64,000 bases of DNA from Camelus dromedarius (Eukaryota), in the NCBI RefSeq assembly GCF_036321535.1, contig NC_087436.1:119600001-119664000 (forward strand), read 5' to 3'. Positions 37,661-51,500 of the stretch are shown piece after piece. Under the pieces are notes generated by a model, which was not told where the DNA came from, ran no database searches, and saw only the letters and a list, made by a program, of their open reading frames with translations. A program made the translations under genes and the position numbers. Position 1 is the first letter of the stretch, and every line of letters begins with the position of its first letter.

Positions 37661-40600
37661 TTGCCCTCTTCCCTCTGGGCCTTTGCACCTGTGACCCTCT
37701 GCCTGTCCCGGAGCCCTCCTGCCGGGCTCCTGGCCCCTGGTCCCCTGCTTTGCCTGCACCGTAGCACACACTGGAGACCATGAGGTTCTGTCCTCGCCTG
37801 TCTCCCCGGGACACTGTGTCCCCACTTGGAGCCTGAGGACCCTGTGGCCTTGCTGGTGCCAGAGCCCCTGGGCATAGCAGGTTTCAGTGAATGTTTGTAG
37901 AACAGGCCGGTGAGTGGAAGAGTCCATAGAGAGTTGCAGATAAATGAAAGTTATTTTTAAAGCACATTTAACCAACTTGCCTGACGACTGGCCTCTCGGC
38001 CCATCCTTCTGTAGACCTGCTTGGGGGGGGGGCCCGTGGGACAGACAGCCCCTACCGTGAGACTGAGTCTGCCTGCTTTTACTGAAGATGAAGGTTTTTA
38101 AGCTGCTTGGAGGTAAATTTTGGCTAATTTTGAATGATATCGCATCAGCAAATATTCATTGAGTATCTATCAACGGAAGGCGGTTCCCCTGAGGGGGGTG
38201 GAGGGGTGCGGCCCCCACACCCAGGACAAAACTGCCCGAGGCCTGTGGCTTCTGCTCTTCAGTGACTTATTATTTCATTGTGTGTTGGCGCGTGTGACAA
38301 CAGCACCCGAATGGATGAAAGGGAGAAACACCCTGGGGTTAAAGGAGGAGCCGGAGAGGAGCCTCCCGGCGCTGGCTGGGCAGCTCCTCCCGCAGGGCCG
38401 GGGTCTTGAATGGAGGCCTGGCTTTTAGGATGGTGAGAGCTGTGGGATTTGGGGGCAGGTCGAGAATTCTGGAGAGCGGGTCACGGTGAACAGGGGGGAC
38501 AGGGTACCAGGCCTGCCCCTCCCACAGGTCAGCTGGGGGACAGCGGCAGATCAGTGCACCTCTGGGTGGCCTGGCTCCCCCACAGGTCACGCGGGACTCT
38601 CCCTGCAGGGCCGAGAAGGGCCAGGGTGGGCTGAGCCACTGGACCGGCCAGGAAGCAGGAGGGCCCCCCTAGAAGAAGAAGCTCATCTTTGGAGGTTTGC
38701 GAGCCGTTGTTCAGACTCGGCGGAAGGGGAAGTTTGGGCTAAACAATGAAAGGGACCCAAACAAGGAGATTCTGTCTCCTAATTGCACTTGGCGGGCTCC
38801 CCTCCCATTTGGCCAGGTGTCACCTCCTATTTGTGCTGCCTAAATGGATTCTAATAGCTTTCTTCTGCGTCACTCAAAGAACCGCCTTGGTAGCCAAAAA
38901 GGAAATTGGTTTCAGGTGGAAGCCCAGTTTTACACGATGGAGCCCAAGCTGTTAATTACCTAGAAATCACATGAGGATTTTTAGCCTGAAAAAGTTTTTT
39001 TTTCTTGGGTTCAACTTTCATAGATATTAATTATAGATAGCGGCTTCGGCCCACTGAAATAATTCCTCTCTCAAGAGATTAAAGACATTGAAAACGCTGT
39101 GCCTTGTTAGACACAATGCGTATTCTTTCCCTCTCTTTTTGCTCGGTGTATGGGCTGGAAATAGGAGACTGGGGAATTTAGAAATGATTTGATACCTTTC
39201 CTGTATTTAACAAAAGTTTTGATTCCATACTCTGAGCATGTTTTCAAGTCTCTGAAGCCGGTGGGAACTTGATGACAAAGGTCAAGAAGGCGACATTAAT
39301 GTCGGGAATGTGACTCCCAGTCGGGATGTCGTGGCTCCTCTCTGCTGCTCATCCACCCGCCTGCGCTTGTATCCGGGAGAACCATCCTGGGGCTTCCCGG
39401 TGCACTTGGCATAAAGTCCGAGCTCCTTGCCTGGCCTCCACTCACCCTGCCCACTGCACTCTGCAAGTCATGGTTTCCCAGCTTCTGGAATGTGCCAGGC
39501 CCTCCCCACCCCAGTGGTTGTGACCCCGCGATTCCCTCTACCTGGAGTGTGTGTTGGCCCTGTGTCACTTCAGGGTCTTGTCAGCAAGGCCTTCCTGTCA
39601 CCCTCCTGAAACGTGTCCTTCTGTCCTCCACCTGTTTCCTCAATTATCATATGCATTCTGTATTTGATTGATCTTTTTGTCTGCGTGTATGTCTGTCTAT
39701 TTTTCTGTCTCCAAAAGAAATAGTAGTTTCCTGAACACAGGGGCGGTGTCAGACTTTGGGGCCATGTTGCGTTTGAAGACCCAATGTCTCACAGATCTAG
39801 GGGTCCCAATTTGGCTTTAGGGTATCTGCTGCCTGGGCTCCACCCCAGGGTGCCTGGTTTAGTTGGTCTGGGCTGAGGCCTGGGCACCCAGATGGTTCTC
39901 ATCTGCAGCCGCATTTGAGAACCACTGTCACGGGCTGGGAATTTGCAGGGGACACAGGAGGCCCTGCAGGGCAGACGGGACCTCGACGTGGAGGCAAGCT
40001 CAGCCCCAGCTCAGGCCCCTCCTGTCCCACCACGTGGCCTCAGAGGATGCCTCTGTGTCCCTGTGGAAATATAGCAGTGTTTGTTTCACTTGGTTTAAGA
40101 GGCCAGAAATCTGTGGAATGAATTTTAGTGCTAGTTCCGTGAAAAGCACTCACAGCTTGAAGTGTCAGTGGCCACTGGCCCCCCAGGCTGGCTGGCTTCG
40201 TGTCCCTGGGGCTGGGCTGAGGCTGCAGATTCTGAGCCTGCCTTTTCCACCCAGCCCCGCTTGGCTGTGGCTCTGAAGTGGGGAGGCCGCCCTGGAGAGG
40301 GCCAACTCTGTGTTGTCCTTCCAGCTCCCGAAGCAGAGGTGGAGGCTCGGGGACAGCAGGTGACCAGGCCATGCTCTCCTGGTCACGATGCGATCTGCCA
40401 CTGCTGGAGGTTGCGATGTTGGGAGCAGGGGCATCATCTGATTCACCTCTGCATCCTAATGCCTAATTTAAGGCTCAGTGCGTCGTAGGACCTCAGGAAA
40501 TAACTGTAGCACAGGAATGAGTGGATGGAGGAGGTCTCCTAATTCCTGCAGGGGCCGTGGTGTGTCCCAGGCAGGCCGAGACGTTGGTGCCCCTTCAAAC

Positions 40601-42149
40601 TGATCTTCTGGAACAATCTACTCAGGGTTCATTGGGGTAGGTGGGATTGATTCAGCCTAGGGCTGGGGCTGCTGCCTGGCTCAGAGCAGAGGCCGCTGGG
40701 CAAGGCCCTGCCGTGCGCCCTCGGCCTGCATCCCGTGCAGAGGGGTGGCCTCTGCAAGCTGCTGCCCGCTGCTGTTTTCAGCCTCCTTTCCAAGTGCTCG
40801 CTGGGTACCGTGCAGTGGGAAGTGATTTCGGGGGTGAGTTTGTCTTAAATTTCCAACAGATCGTTTCAGCACACTGCACATTTAGTTTGTTTCCAAGTTG
40901 CTATAGAAGGTAAATGATTAATTAAGCGGCACCCACACGGTTTTTTTAAAGAAGGAATGATTTTTCAAAACAAAGTAATGCCCCCATGATTTGTCAGAGA
41001 GAGAAAAGAAGGCATTTAATAAGCAGAATGCTGCTTAATAAATCATAATTACTTACGTGGGCAAGTGCATCAGCTCACGGAGGTGCCCAATTAAACATCT
41101 AATCACGTTGACTTTCTCCTTCATATGCACGGAGCTGGCCACACCCCCTGGGGTCGACCAGATGTTCCTGAGTTCTGGTGGGCAAATCTTAACTGCCTTT
41201 TGTTTTTCCCCTGAGTCACTAAATTGATGTCCTTGAAGACTTATTTCCAAACTTTGGTGTGTCTCAGACTCCTGGGGGAACTTGTTAAAAAGACAGAGGC
41301 CAAGGCTCACCTGAGATGTCCTGAATCGGTGGGGTGGGCCTGGCGCCTGCATTTCAATGAGCTCTCCAGCTGTCTGCTGCGCCCCTCCCTGGGGAGCCCT
41401 TTCTCAGGCAGCGTGACCAGTGGAATCAGAGAACTCTGTAGTGACTTCTAGTGTGGCCAGGGTTACACTTACTGTCCTTCCAATTTGAGGTGTGCAAGGT
41501 TTCCAATTGAATTGGGGGACTGGTGAGAATCACATGGATTCTCTGCATGGTGTGAACCATCACCAAGTGGAGTGATGTCAGGGGGACCTGTGGTTTGGCA
41601 AAACTCATCTGCACCTGCTATGCCCCCCGCCTGTGTGGGCACCTGGGAGTCAAGGAAACCAGACACAGGCCCTGCCCTCCAGCAGCCCTTGGTCCAGTGA
41701 GCAGATGGATAAATACATGCTGACCAGGGCTGCTGGAGGTGGGCTTCCTGGAGGAGGTGGCACTTCACTCAGACATGGGGAATTAAATTAAGTTTCATTA
41801 AATTAAGCATGTACATACTGAGTACCCTGCGGGTGTCCAGCCTGTGCTAGGTGGTAGTGACTTAGTGCTGACCAGGTCAGACAGACCCCTGCCTTCAAGG
41901 TGCTTGTATTTTAGGAGGGGAGAGGGATGCAGAACCTAAAACCAGCACAATAAGTTCAGATGGTGGTAAACACCATGGAGAAAATCAAACTCATAATGAC
42001 CTGCAGCAGACAGAGTGGTCAGGGATGGGACCTGCAGGGGTCAGGCGGTCAGGGATGGCCAGGAGCCTGCCATGCAAGACCTGTCACGCAACGTCTGAGC
42101 TGGGAACGGGCTTGGCAGGTTTGGGGGACAGAGAGGAGGGCAGTGCCTA

Positions 42150-42690
42150 TGACACAGCAATCTCACCCCTAGAAGTGCATATATATGTACATACACATAT
42201 ATACACATCCATCCATACATATATATATACACACCCAAGAGAAGCCCTAATAGCCCAAAGTGGAAACAACCCAAATGCCCATCAGCTGATGAGTGGATAA
42301 GCCATGTGCTGTATCCATACAACAGAATATTATTTGGCCATAAAAGGATAAGGAACTGATACACTGCACGAAATGGATGCACTTTGAAAACATGATGCTG
42401 AGTGAAGGAAGCCAGACACCAAAGACCACATATTGTATGGCCCCATTTATGTGAAATGTCTTGAATAGGCAAATCCATAGAGACAGAAAGTAGAGACGTG
42501 GTGGTTAGGGGCCGGTGGGTGGAGGGGTGGGGAATGATTGTGAATGGTTGTGAGGTGATGAACATATTCTAAATGAATATAGTGATATTTGCACAACTCT
42601 GTGAATGTACTAAAACCCACTGAATTGTACCCTTTAAATAGATGCATTGTATGGTGTATGAGTTTTATCTCAAAGCTGTTAAAAAGAAGG
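42150..42690 (+). mobile_element. L1 3' fragment (L1MB/MC-type)
   Basis: 'aaagtggaaacaacccaaatgcccatcagctgatgagtggataa...gctgagtgaaggaagccagacacc...aggcaaatccatagagacagaaagtag...aaacccactgaattgtac...tatctcaaagctgttaaaaa'. Confidence 0.85.
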
Positions 42691-43329
42691 TGGTGTGGCT
42701 GGAGCAATGGGGTGGAGGGGCATGGGCTGTGGTTATGTAGGGGACAGCTGGGGTGAGAAAGGGCACTCTGGACAGTGGCTAGAGAGAGCTGGAGCATCAG
42801 GAAACGGTTGGCAAGGCTCAGGGTGAGGGAGGTGGGTGTGGCTCTGCACAGGTGGGCGGGGCCGAGCACAGCAGGTGTGGTTGTCCCTGAGGGTGGTTGA
42901 AAGTCAGACCTGGAGAGATTTTCTGCAGAGGAACCAAGTGGAGGTGGGAAAACCACTCCTCACCATTCTGCCTCAACTAGTCCGCTAGTTACCTGCAGGG
43001 GCTTCGTCTGTCTCTTACTTGGGCAGACCCTTGCTGGGCAGTGGAGGGAGGGCTTCTCTGCTTGGGTCCTGCTCCCTAATGGGACCCCAGGATGCTGAAA
43101 TCCCAGACCTCCAGAGCCCTGAGCTGACCATTAAAAACCAACAACCCACCGAACGGCAGAAAACCCAGACTCATGTTCCTGTTGAGGATGGAACCCGTGC
43201 TCATTGTGGACCTTGCAAACAGAAAGGTCTAAGAAAGAAGAAACCTGAAATGACCGATAATCCCGCACCTCTGAGGGAGCAGCGTCCACCCTTCTGGCCG
43301 TTTCCTTCCCACTGTGCTTCTGTGCAGAC

Positions 43330-43740
43330 GTTAGAACCCTGTGATGATTTACTCGCACCTTTCACACGTGACACCCAGCAGTGTCAGCGGTGTCTGTCAC
43401 GTGTGTTACAGCCTTTGCACTTATTTATCGTAGTTTGTGCCTTTTGACGACCTTCTTCCAGTTCCCCCTCTCCCTGCCACCCTGCCTCTGTTAACCGCAA
43501 ATCTGGTCCCTTTTTCTGAGTTTGTTTCTGAAGTATACTTGACCGACGACACTATGTTAGTTCCTGTTACACAGCATAGTGAGTCGATATTTCTACGCAT
43601 TTCAAAATCATCACCAGGATAAATCGGGATTCGATCTGTCACCGTCCACAGATACTGCATGCTCACTGACTGTGTTCCCCACACTGTGCATTTCGTGCCA
43701 TGACTCCTTTATTTTGCACCTGGAGGTCTGTGCCTCTTAA
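43330..43740 (-). mobile_element. L1 3' UTR fragment
   Basis: 'gaagtatacttgacc...ctatgttagttcctgttacacagcatagtgagtcgatattt...ctgtgttccccacactgtgcattt'. Confidence 0.5.
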
Positions 43741-45309
43741 GAACTGTCACTTCTTCATTGTGTCCCTGTAGTTGTATTCTTGGAAGGAAGCTCCCCTGTC
43801 ATCGTGAGCGATCGTCCTGACATGTGTTAGCCAAGTCAGCACCCTTGGATGCATCTCTTTGTCCAGTGTCGATGGTTTCCTAGAGCAAATTTGCTGACGA
43901 GGTCACCAGTCAAAGGTCATGAACCTCGAACACACCGGCTGCCTAGTTGTGCAGATGTTTCCTAGACAGATCTACTGATGCGTCTCAATCACAGCGTGAC
44001 TCCAAGTGCAGGTGTCACACGGGCCCTTTGGTCCCTTCCTGGGAAGGGCTGGGCTTGGAAAGGGCTCCTTGAAAAGTGTGGCCATGCGGGGCCCACTCCA
44101 GGATGGTGCGAAGTCTTCATAGCTGGAACAGACATGTTTATCTGGGGGGTGGGGAGGGTGAGGGAGCCAAGGGCACAAAGCTGAGGGGTCCCCCAGGGAT
44201 GGACAGATCGGGGAGCTGGCCACTCACTTCACCAGGCTGGGCACCCAACTCAACTTCCAGCCCCATGGGGGCATGGCCTGCAAAGGATGGCCCCTGGGCT
44301 CCCGCTGGGCATGGGTCTACACAGTCGTCTGCACATGTGGGTGCAGCCCAGCTTTGGGCTGCGCTTAGAGGCTGTTGTTCTGGGGAGTGAAGCCAGCCCG
44401 GTGGTGTTTTCCTGTGGTCTCATCGTGGCTGCAGCTACCTGACTCCTGCAGCCCCCCTCTGCCCATGTCTGTGCTGGAGTTTTATTGAAGGATTAAAAAA
44501 GAAATCCAGGAATCTTTACTTAATTAAGGCTTTTATGACTTGCCCAGCTGAGCCTTCAAACTGTTTTCTTCGGTGTTTGGTGTTTGGAAGTTTTCTGGGT
44601 GCCCGGCAGCCTGGCAGCCTGGTTCCATTCAGGAGTGTGACCTGCATTTCAGGAGTTGTGCACTGGTCAGCGCCTGGTCCAGCAAGCATCCTCATCACAG
44701 GAGGCCGGCTTGCCTAGAGGATTCCAGGGACCCCTGGACTCTGCACCCCATGCAGCCCACCCTGCGTGCTTGGGGCCGTGGCTCTCCCCTGCTGCTCCAG
44801 CAGGCAGTGGTCACTCCAGTGTCCCGAGAAGATGGAGATCCCCCAGGTGGGTCCCCGGTTTCCACAGAGACCTAACTCTATTTGATGGTTGGTAAGAGGT
44901 GGATGGATTACTGTCGGGCACAAACATAGGTGCCCCTGCCCCAGCGCTCACAGCTATGCCCCTGCTGGGCGAGGGGGATGGTGGGCTGGGAGGCAGTGGT
45001 GGTGCGTGTGCCGGGCCGCCATGTCTGACTCCAGGTGTGACCTCGGACAGGACAGGCTCTTTAACCAGCAGCCTCCTGCTGGAAACACTTGCCAGAGTGA
45101 GGGTTAGCATCCTCCAAGAAGGGGCTTTTTGCAAGGAGCAGAGAGGACCGCTCCCCCCCACTCCCTCCGCCACTTCGGCCCAGATCTGAGCTGCTGCTGC
45201 TGGACTGCTGTGAGGAGCCCAAGGAAGGAGGCAGACCAGGACCACAGCGGTGATGGGGGTGGCCGGGCAGGGTTGGGGCGGTCTCCCCCTCCACCCCCAG
45301 TACGCACTC

Positions 45310-45520
45310 ACCCAGTGCTTTGTTATTCCGGGCCTGTGCTAGACTTCATGTGGATGAACTCACTCAGTCTGCCCTGCAGTCCTATGAGGCGGGTGATGCT
45401 CTCACCCCGTTTGCAGATGGAAGAACCGAGGCACAGAGGAGTTAAATAACTTGGACCAGGTCACACAGTTCCGTGATCATTCTGGAATTTGAACCTGACC
45501 GCTTCACTCCAGAATCTATG
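45310..45520 (-). mobile_element. MIR
   Basis: 'ccccgtttgcagatggaagaaccgaggcacagaggagttaaataacttggaccaggtcacacag...ggaatttgaacc'. Further MIR pieces lie near 15600, 19060-19280, 36370, 51480-51630 and 54330-54420. Confidence 0.7.
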
Positions 45521-48500
45521 TTCGTTAGCAGCTGTGAGGTGGGTAATTTCTCTGGGCCTCAGTTTTCTCATCTGTTTAATGGATTTACTGATACGTCCCA
45601 GGCACAGAGTAGGAACTCAGTGGCTGTTCCATCTTCTTGTTATTATTTGTATCAGCAAATAAACAGAGGTGTGCAAAGAGAGGGTGGCTGCCACAGGAGG
45701 TGGGATCCTGACACTGGCTAGGGAAGGCTGCGGTGGCCTGGTGGGCTGGTTTCCAGGCCCTCCAGGCGCCCACTGGCAGGAATTGGAGTCAGACCCACCT
45801 TCTGGGAGGACGGAAGCTCCTGAGAAGCTCAGCCCTGGCCAGGTGGTTCAGGAACCTCGCAGGGTGCAGCCTTGGGGCAGCCCCCGGAGCCTGGCTGAGC
45901 ACGCTGTGCAAGGCAGGCCTGACAGCGTTTAATTTTCTCCTCTAAATCTGCCTCCTCCAGCCGAATCCTCCTGGAGTGTGAGGCAAATGCACCATTAAGG
46001 CACCAAACAGGGAATGCGGAATTACTTTGTAATAATTTGTCATGAAGGTGGGGTGAGTGGTAGGCGGAGCTGTGATCCCAGACCGGTGGAAGCTGCATCC
46101 GCAGGCATGAAGCAGCTGTCTGTTTTGGTCTTAAAAACCCTGCCTTTTGTCTTCTGCTTTGGTCACCTCCTCCTTCTGCCCACCCCTCATGATTGTGGTG
46201 GTCCTGGCTGGGGGAGGTCATCCCGTCTGTCCTCCCCTCCCCCACCCCTCCCCCTTCAGGGCAACCCTGAGGCTGTGATCCTGTCCAACCAGCTCACGGA
46301 AGGTGGAGGGGCTCCGAGGATTCCGAGCCTCACTGTGCTTTGTCTTCATCAGTGGCATTTTATTTAGGGAAGACATTTGACATCTTTGCTTGGGTGTTTC
46401 CTCTAAATGGTGGTAAACTGACCCGTCTTCCCTATACCTTGTGGGGAGTGAAGTACAAATGTTATATCACATAAAGTGCTTGAGAAGGGTAGGAGGGAGG
46501 AAGGAGGAAGGAGGAAGGAGGGAGTGAGACTATAATCCAGTTATACAGAATACATTGGCAGACTCCTGTTCATCCTTCAAAACCCTAATGAGGTATTGCC
46601 TTGTCTAGGAAGCCTTTCCTGACTCCCCTGGACTGAGTTACAAAGGTTGCTCACACTGCCACGGGTTGCTTTGCTGCCCGCACAGTTTTATCATCGTTGG
46701 GTCCTAACTGACCACCATCATGGTCGTTCGGCATTGGGGTCTAGCCTGCAGGACCAGGAGCTCTTGACTGCGGGGATCAAAGCATCTTCATTTTTGTGTG
46801 GCACTGCTTTTGGCTGAGAACTACTATGTAGTGAACTGAAAGGCACACGGACAGCAGCCTTTGGCCAGACACAACACAGCGGGGACGTCTGCTGTGTGGC
46901 CTCCTGGAACCTCCCGTTTTTCTGCTTCCTTGGTTGTTTGAACTAGCGTGGCCCGGCCAGTCTGGGAGTTACCAGGCTGGGACCGTGTGCACTGGGTCCG
47001 GTCCTGGGGAGCAGCCGACACCCTGGCACCGCTGTGATGCCAGTCTGTGGGCGGGACAGCCTTGTCTTGAGATCCCAGAGTCCGGGGGCTGGAGAAGGTC
47101 CTGGGGGGCCATGCAGATGGCCCCCTCTTTGTGAGCTCCCTGGGTTCTCCACGTGTGCTGTGCCTGTGGACCAGCCTGAGCTTCCTCTGGGCACGTGGTC
47201 TCAGAGCAGTGGGAGTGCTCACGTGGCCAGCCTGGGCTCCAGCACAGCGTTCCTGCAGGGAAGTGGAGACCCTGTGGCCTTTGGGGATGCAGCGTCGGGA
47301 GTCAACAAAGTGTCACTTCCACCACCACCACGTGTTCCGGTTCTGGGGAGGGAATACAGGCCACGCCTCTCAGTGGGGGCAAAGTCGGAGTTTGGAGCTG
47401 TATTTTCAAACCACCAGGGTGAGAACTCGTGGCTGTGGTAGGTCTGAAGCCCTCATGCAGCCCCCCAGCCCACGGGCCCTGATCTTTTGCAGTGGCTTCC
47501 CATCACGCCGGGAGGGTCAGCATCTTTAAAGTCCCTGCTCATGGAATGTGCACCGAAGCAGGACTGTGCAGGCAGGACTATCTCTGCTCCTAGCCCTGGG
47601 AGGCAGGCATCACTCACCTCCTTGCTGGCCAATGGAAGGGGAGCCCATGTCGCTGGCCTGAGGTCACAAAGCCTAAGGCGCATAGCCTGGATTTGAACCT
47701 GAGTCCATCTGACCCCAAACCTGGCCTTGCTCAGCCCCCATGTGTCCCTCCAGCCAAGGGGCCCAGGGTAGGAGGTGACAGAGCTGTGTTGAAGGTGCCC
47801 CATAGGTGTGGCTGGTGCCGTCCTGTTTGCTGAAGGGTTAAGTCCTGACGTCTGTGGCGGGCCAGGAAGGGGCTATTTACAGCGGGATTTATCCCTAACA
47901 GGTGGAGGGCGCAGGGCCGGGGTTCTGCAGGCGCTCTGACAGCCTGCAAGATAAAGGAAGCTAGGGCCCACCCCCTGAGACCCACTAATTCAGACCGCCA
48001 TCTGTCCCTGCTTTCACAGGCCACCTCCCGCTCAGTGTTACCATTCAGGGTATGACACAGTGGCCCCACCGTGGGAGGGGTTCTCATCTCGCCAGTCAAG
48101 GGTTCGTGGCCAGGCCCTGCTCTGTTTTGGGGTGATGGGGGTGACACACCTGTTCTGCATCTTTGAGGACCCCCTGAAAGTGCCAGGCCATGGGCTTTTC
48201 CTGTTTTTGTGTTCTCACTTCTGGGCCACCTTATTGCCAAGATCATGAGCATCTTAATTGAATGACGCCCTTTGCTAGCAAGTTAGTTCTGCCTGTGGAA
48301 GAGGGCTGGGCTCCGTGCTGGTGCCATAGTGGTGGCCGGCTGGGATGAGCCGGGCTGTCTGCACATGCCCCCGCTGCCCGGGCACACTTGTGCACACTCA
48401 GGACACTGGCCATCAGCGTCCCTGTCAGCTCAGCAGTCCTGAGGTGTGACCCACATGCCAGCTTCCCTGCCTCCTGACGTCTAGATGAGAGGGGCTCAGA

Positions 48501-51500
48501 CCGCTGAGCCCGCGCCTTGCAGGCTGGTGATCTCTGGTGATGTCTGTGAATGTTGGGGCTGCCTAGTGCTCTGGCCACTGAGGGCTCTGGGTTCCTGCTC
48601 CCTGTGCTCGGGCTCTGCACCCCCTCGACATGAACTGGGATGAAAAACTATAGTTTTTCTAGGAGTCGTTTCATGGGGCCTCGGGGGTGCAGTGGACCTT
48701 ACTGGTGGGAGGTGGTGTCAGTCTATGGAACATGCTTAGGTCGGGAGCCGGGTCCCTCTCTTGGTAGCATGACCGTGGGGGCAGAGTCTGTGTCACCCCA
48801 GGAGCTGGTTCCAGCCTCTTGTGGTCCTGCTGCCCCCACCCCCACCTCCCTCTGCCCCCTCGCCTTTCCCTTCTCCATCCTCTGTCTTCTCCCTGGACCC
48901 CAGCAGCAGCACAAGCCCCTTGGGCCCCCGTGCGGAGTGCTTTCACCATCCTTTGTCACCGTGATGTCTTGCCCCAGCTTTCAAAACCTGCTGTCCAGGG
49001 ATTTGCCCAAACTAAGACAGTTCCCCCCTTGAGGGGGCGATGGGCTCATTGTGGGGGGGTGTCTAGGGAGGGGACATGGTTTTCTCTTTCTCTGGGGCTC
49101 ACAGTCCAGCTGGGAGGCAGGGTGACTGGGGGCCTTGGAGATGCCAGGGAGTGTGGAGAGAAGGGGCCTGAGGGGCTGGCACTCGTAGGTCCGTGCACGA
49201 CTTTGCCGGGACCGCCATACCGAGTACCACGTTCTGGAGGCTGAACGACAAACATGGATGCTGGGAGTCTGAGACTAGGAAAAGTAACAGGGCAGAAGGC
49301 GGACTGTCCTGCAGAAGGGGCGAGGCGGCACCTAGTGGGAACACAGACGAAGGAGAGGGTCCTTCTTTCTAGGGGAAGGATCTTTGAGGCCTTTGCAGCT
49401 TAATGAGCATGACTCCCATGGTCCGGGGTCGGGGGCAGCAGGGAAGGTGCTTCCAGCTGGGGGTGCATCGTGGGCAGGGATGAGGAGATACGCCAGGTGC
49501 CTTGGGGTTGGGAGAGACCCCGGCTGGCAGAGTGGGGCCTGCGGGGCCTGCGGGTGGGGGGCGAGGCGGAGCGGGGCTCGGGCTGGACTGTGGAGGGCTG
49601 GGACACGTGGATGCATTCCCTGCAGCCCCGCTCCTCGTGGAAGGGTCCTTGGAACCACTGCACAGCATCACGTGGTTGCCGTTAGTGATGCGGACACTCG
49701 GCCCAGCCCCGCCCTGCACCGGCGAGGTCCTTGTGACGGAAGCGCTTTAAAGTTTAAGAAGCTGTGCTCGGGCTGCGGGAGCCACGGAGGGCTTGGAGGG
49801 GGTGGCAGGAGGATGCCCTGTCCTGCGCGGCCCTGGAGCAGAGCGCGGGGAGGCATCAGCAGGGCACACTGCAGGCCTCTGGGGACCCGTGGGGGCTGTG
49901 GGAATAGCCTGGGAGAGGGCACGGAGGAGGCCTGGGGTCCAGCAGGACTGGTGTGGAGGAGGAGGGACGGGTGGGAGGAAGATGCGACCCTCGATGATGC
50001 TGCGGCCTCCGCCCCTGGGAGTCTGCTGCGGTCGGAGTCTGCGAGGTGCCTCTTCCCAGGTGAGCGTCCTGGGGCATCCAGGCCCTGGGGCCCTGAGCCT
50101 GGGGCTTGGTCACCAGAGAGCCCTCGTTAGCAAGCAAGACGAGGTGCGCAGCCTCATTATGTCAGTCCCCACAGCACCCAGGACGGGGAGTTTATTCTTT
50201 TCATCATCTCTGAAGCCCTCCAGGGTTCTGGTCCCGAGCTCTTAATTTGCGTCCCTGCTGATCCTCGTGGTCCATGACCTTTAGACTCCTGCTGGGCTCC
50301 AACATCCAACATTTCAATCGAGCCCTTGGTGGCCAGCCAGGCTTTGCATGAGGTGGGGGTTCCCGCCGCTCCAGGTGCTGCCGGTTCAGTGAGAGGCACC
50401 GTGCTGTGCAGACGCCTGCCCTTCCTCCCTCCTGCCAGGGGCCGCCGTAGGTCCCCCCCGGGGGGGGGTGCCGTGGGCCCCTATCCATGGGGGGGATGCG
50501 TGGGCAAGCCCTGGGTGCTCAGTTTAATTCCACTTAGTGGACTGTTAAGCACCAGCAGGGCTGAGCACCAGGTGTCAAGGTCAAAGCAGGGCAAAGCTGT
50601 GCACATCCTTCCCCTGGGGAGTGTGGGGTCCCACAGGGACACGGCTCTTGGCCATGGCGAGGCATGGTGGGGCAGTTGGAGTGATGGGTGCAGCACTACG
50701 GTAACCATCACCCAACCTCACCGCTGCTCTGCCAGGTGCCGCTCTGGGGCTCCCATGGTTCAGGTCAGTTCATCTTCAGAACAGCCCCAGGAGGTCAGCA
50801 CTGCTGTATCACCACCTGTTTACAGGTGGAGAGTGTGAGTTGCTGAGTGGGTCGGTTACACATCTGAGAGTGGCAGGATTAGGGTTTGAACCCAGGGGTC
50901 TGCACATTTAACCACTGCTGGCAGGTGGAGGTGGACAGGCAGGAGACAGGTGTGGTTCCACCCCAGGGTCTGCAGGAGGGGAGGCGCCCCAAGCAGTAGG
51001 AAGAGTGAGGCAAAGGCCTGGGACCGTGCTGGAACAGGGAGAGGTGTAGACCAGCCCGGAGAGCTGGAGGGGTGGTCCAGGGGCCACCCCACCTGTGCGG
51101 GTTTAATCTGCAGGTCAGGAGCCCTGGGAGCACGTTCAGGTGAATGTATCTTCCACCTCCACAGCGGACAGAGGCCCTCAGTGTGTCCCTGCAGCCCTGG
51201 CAGATTGCTGCACCCTTACACCTGCAGCCCAGACTCGGCGTTGGCGAGGAGCACATCCCTTGCAGTCCAGAGCACAGAGGAAGACTCTGGAAGGAGGTTG
51301 GCGGAGCACTTCTCAGACGGGGTGTCATAAAGTCCCCAGGCAGTATTGGAAAGGCCCCTCTTTTTATACCATGAGGCACCTTCTAGGTCAGTCAGAGCTC
51401 GGCTCTCTGGTCATCCTTCCTGTGTTTGAGTCCTGTCCCAGCCTCTGCTTGCTGGAGCCTCAGACAAGTTCCTGCCTGGTGTTCCTGCCTCGGTTTTCCC

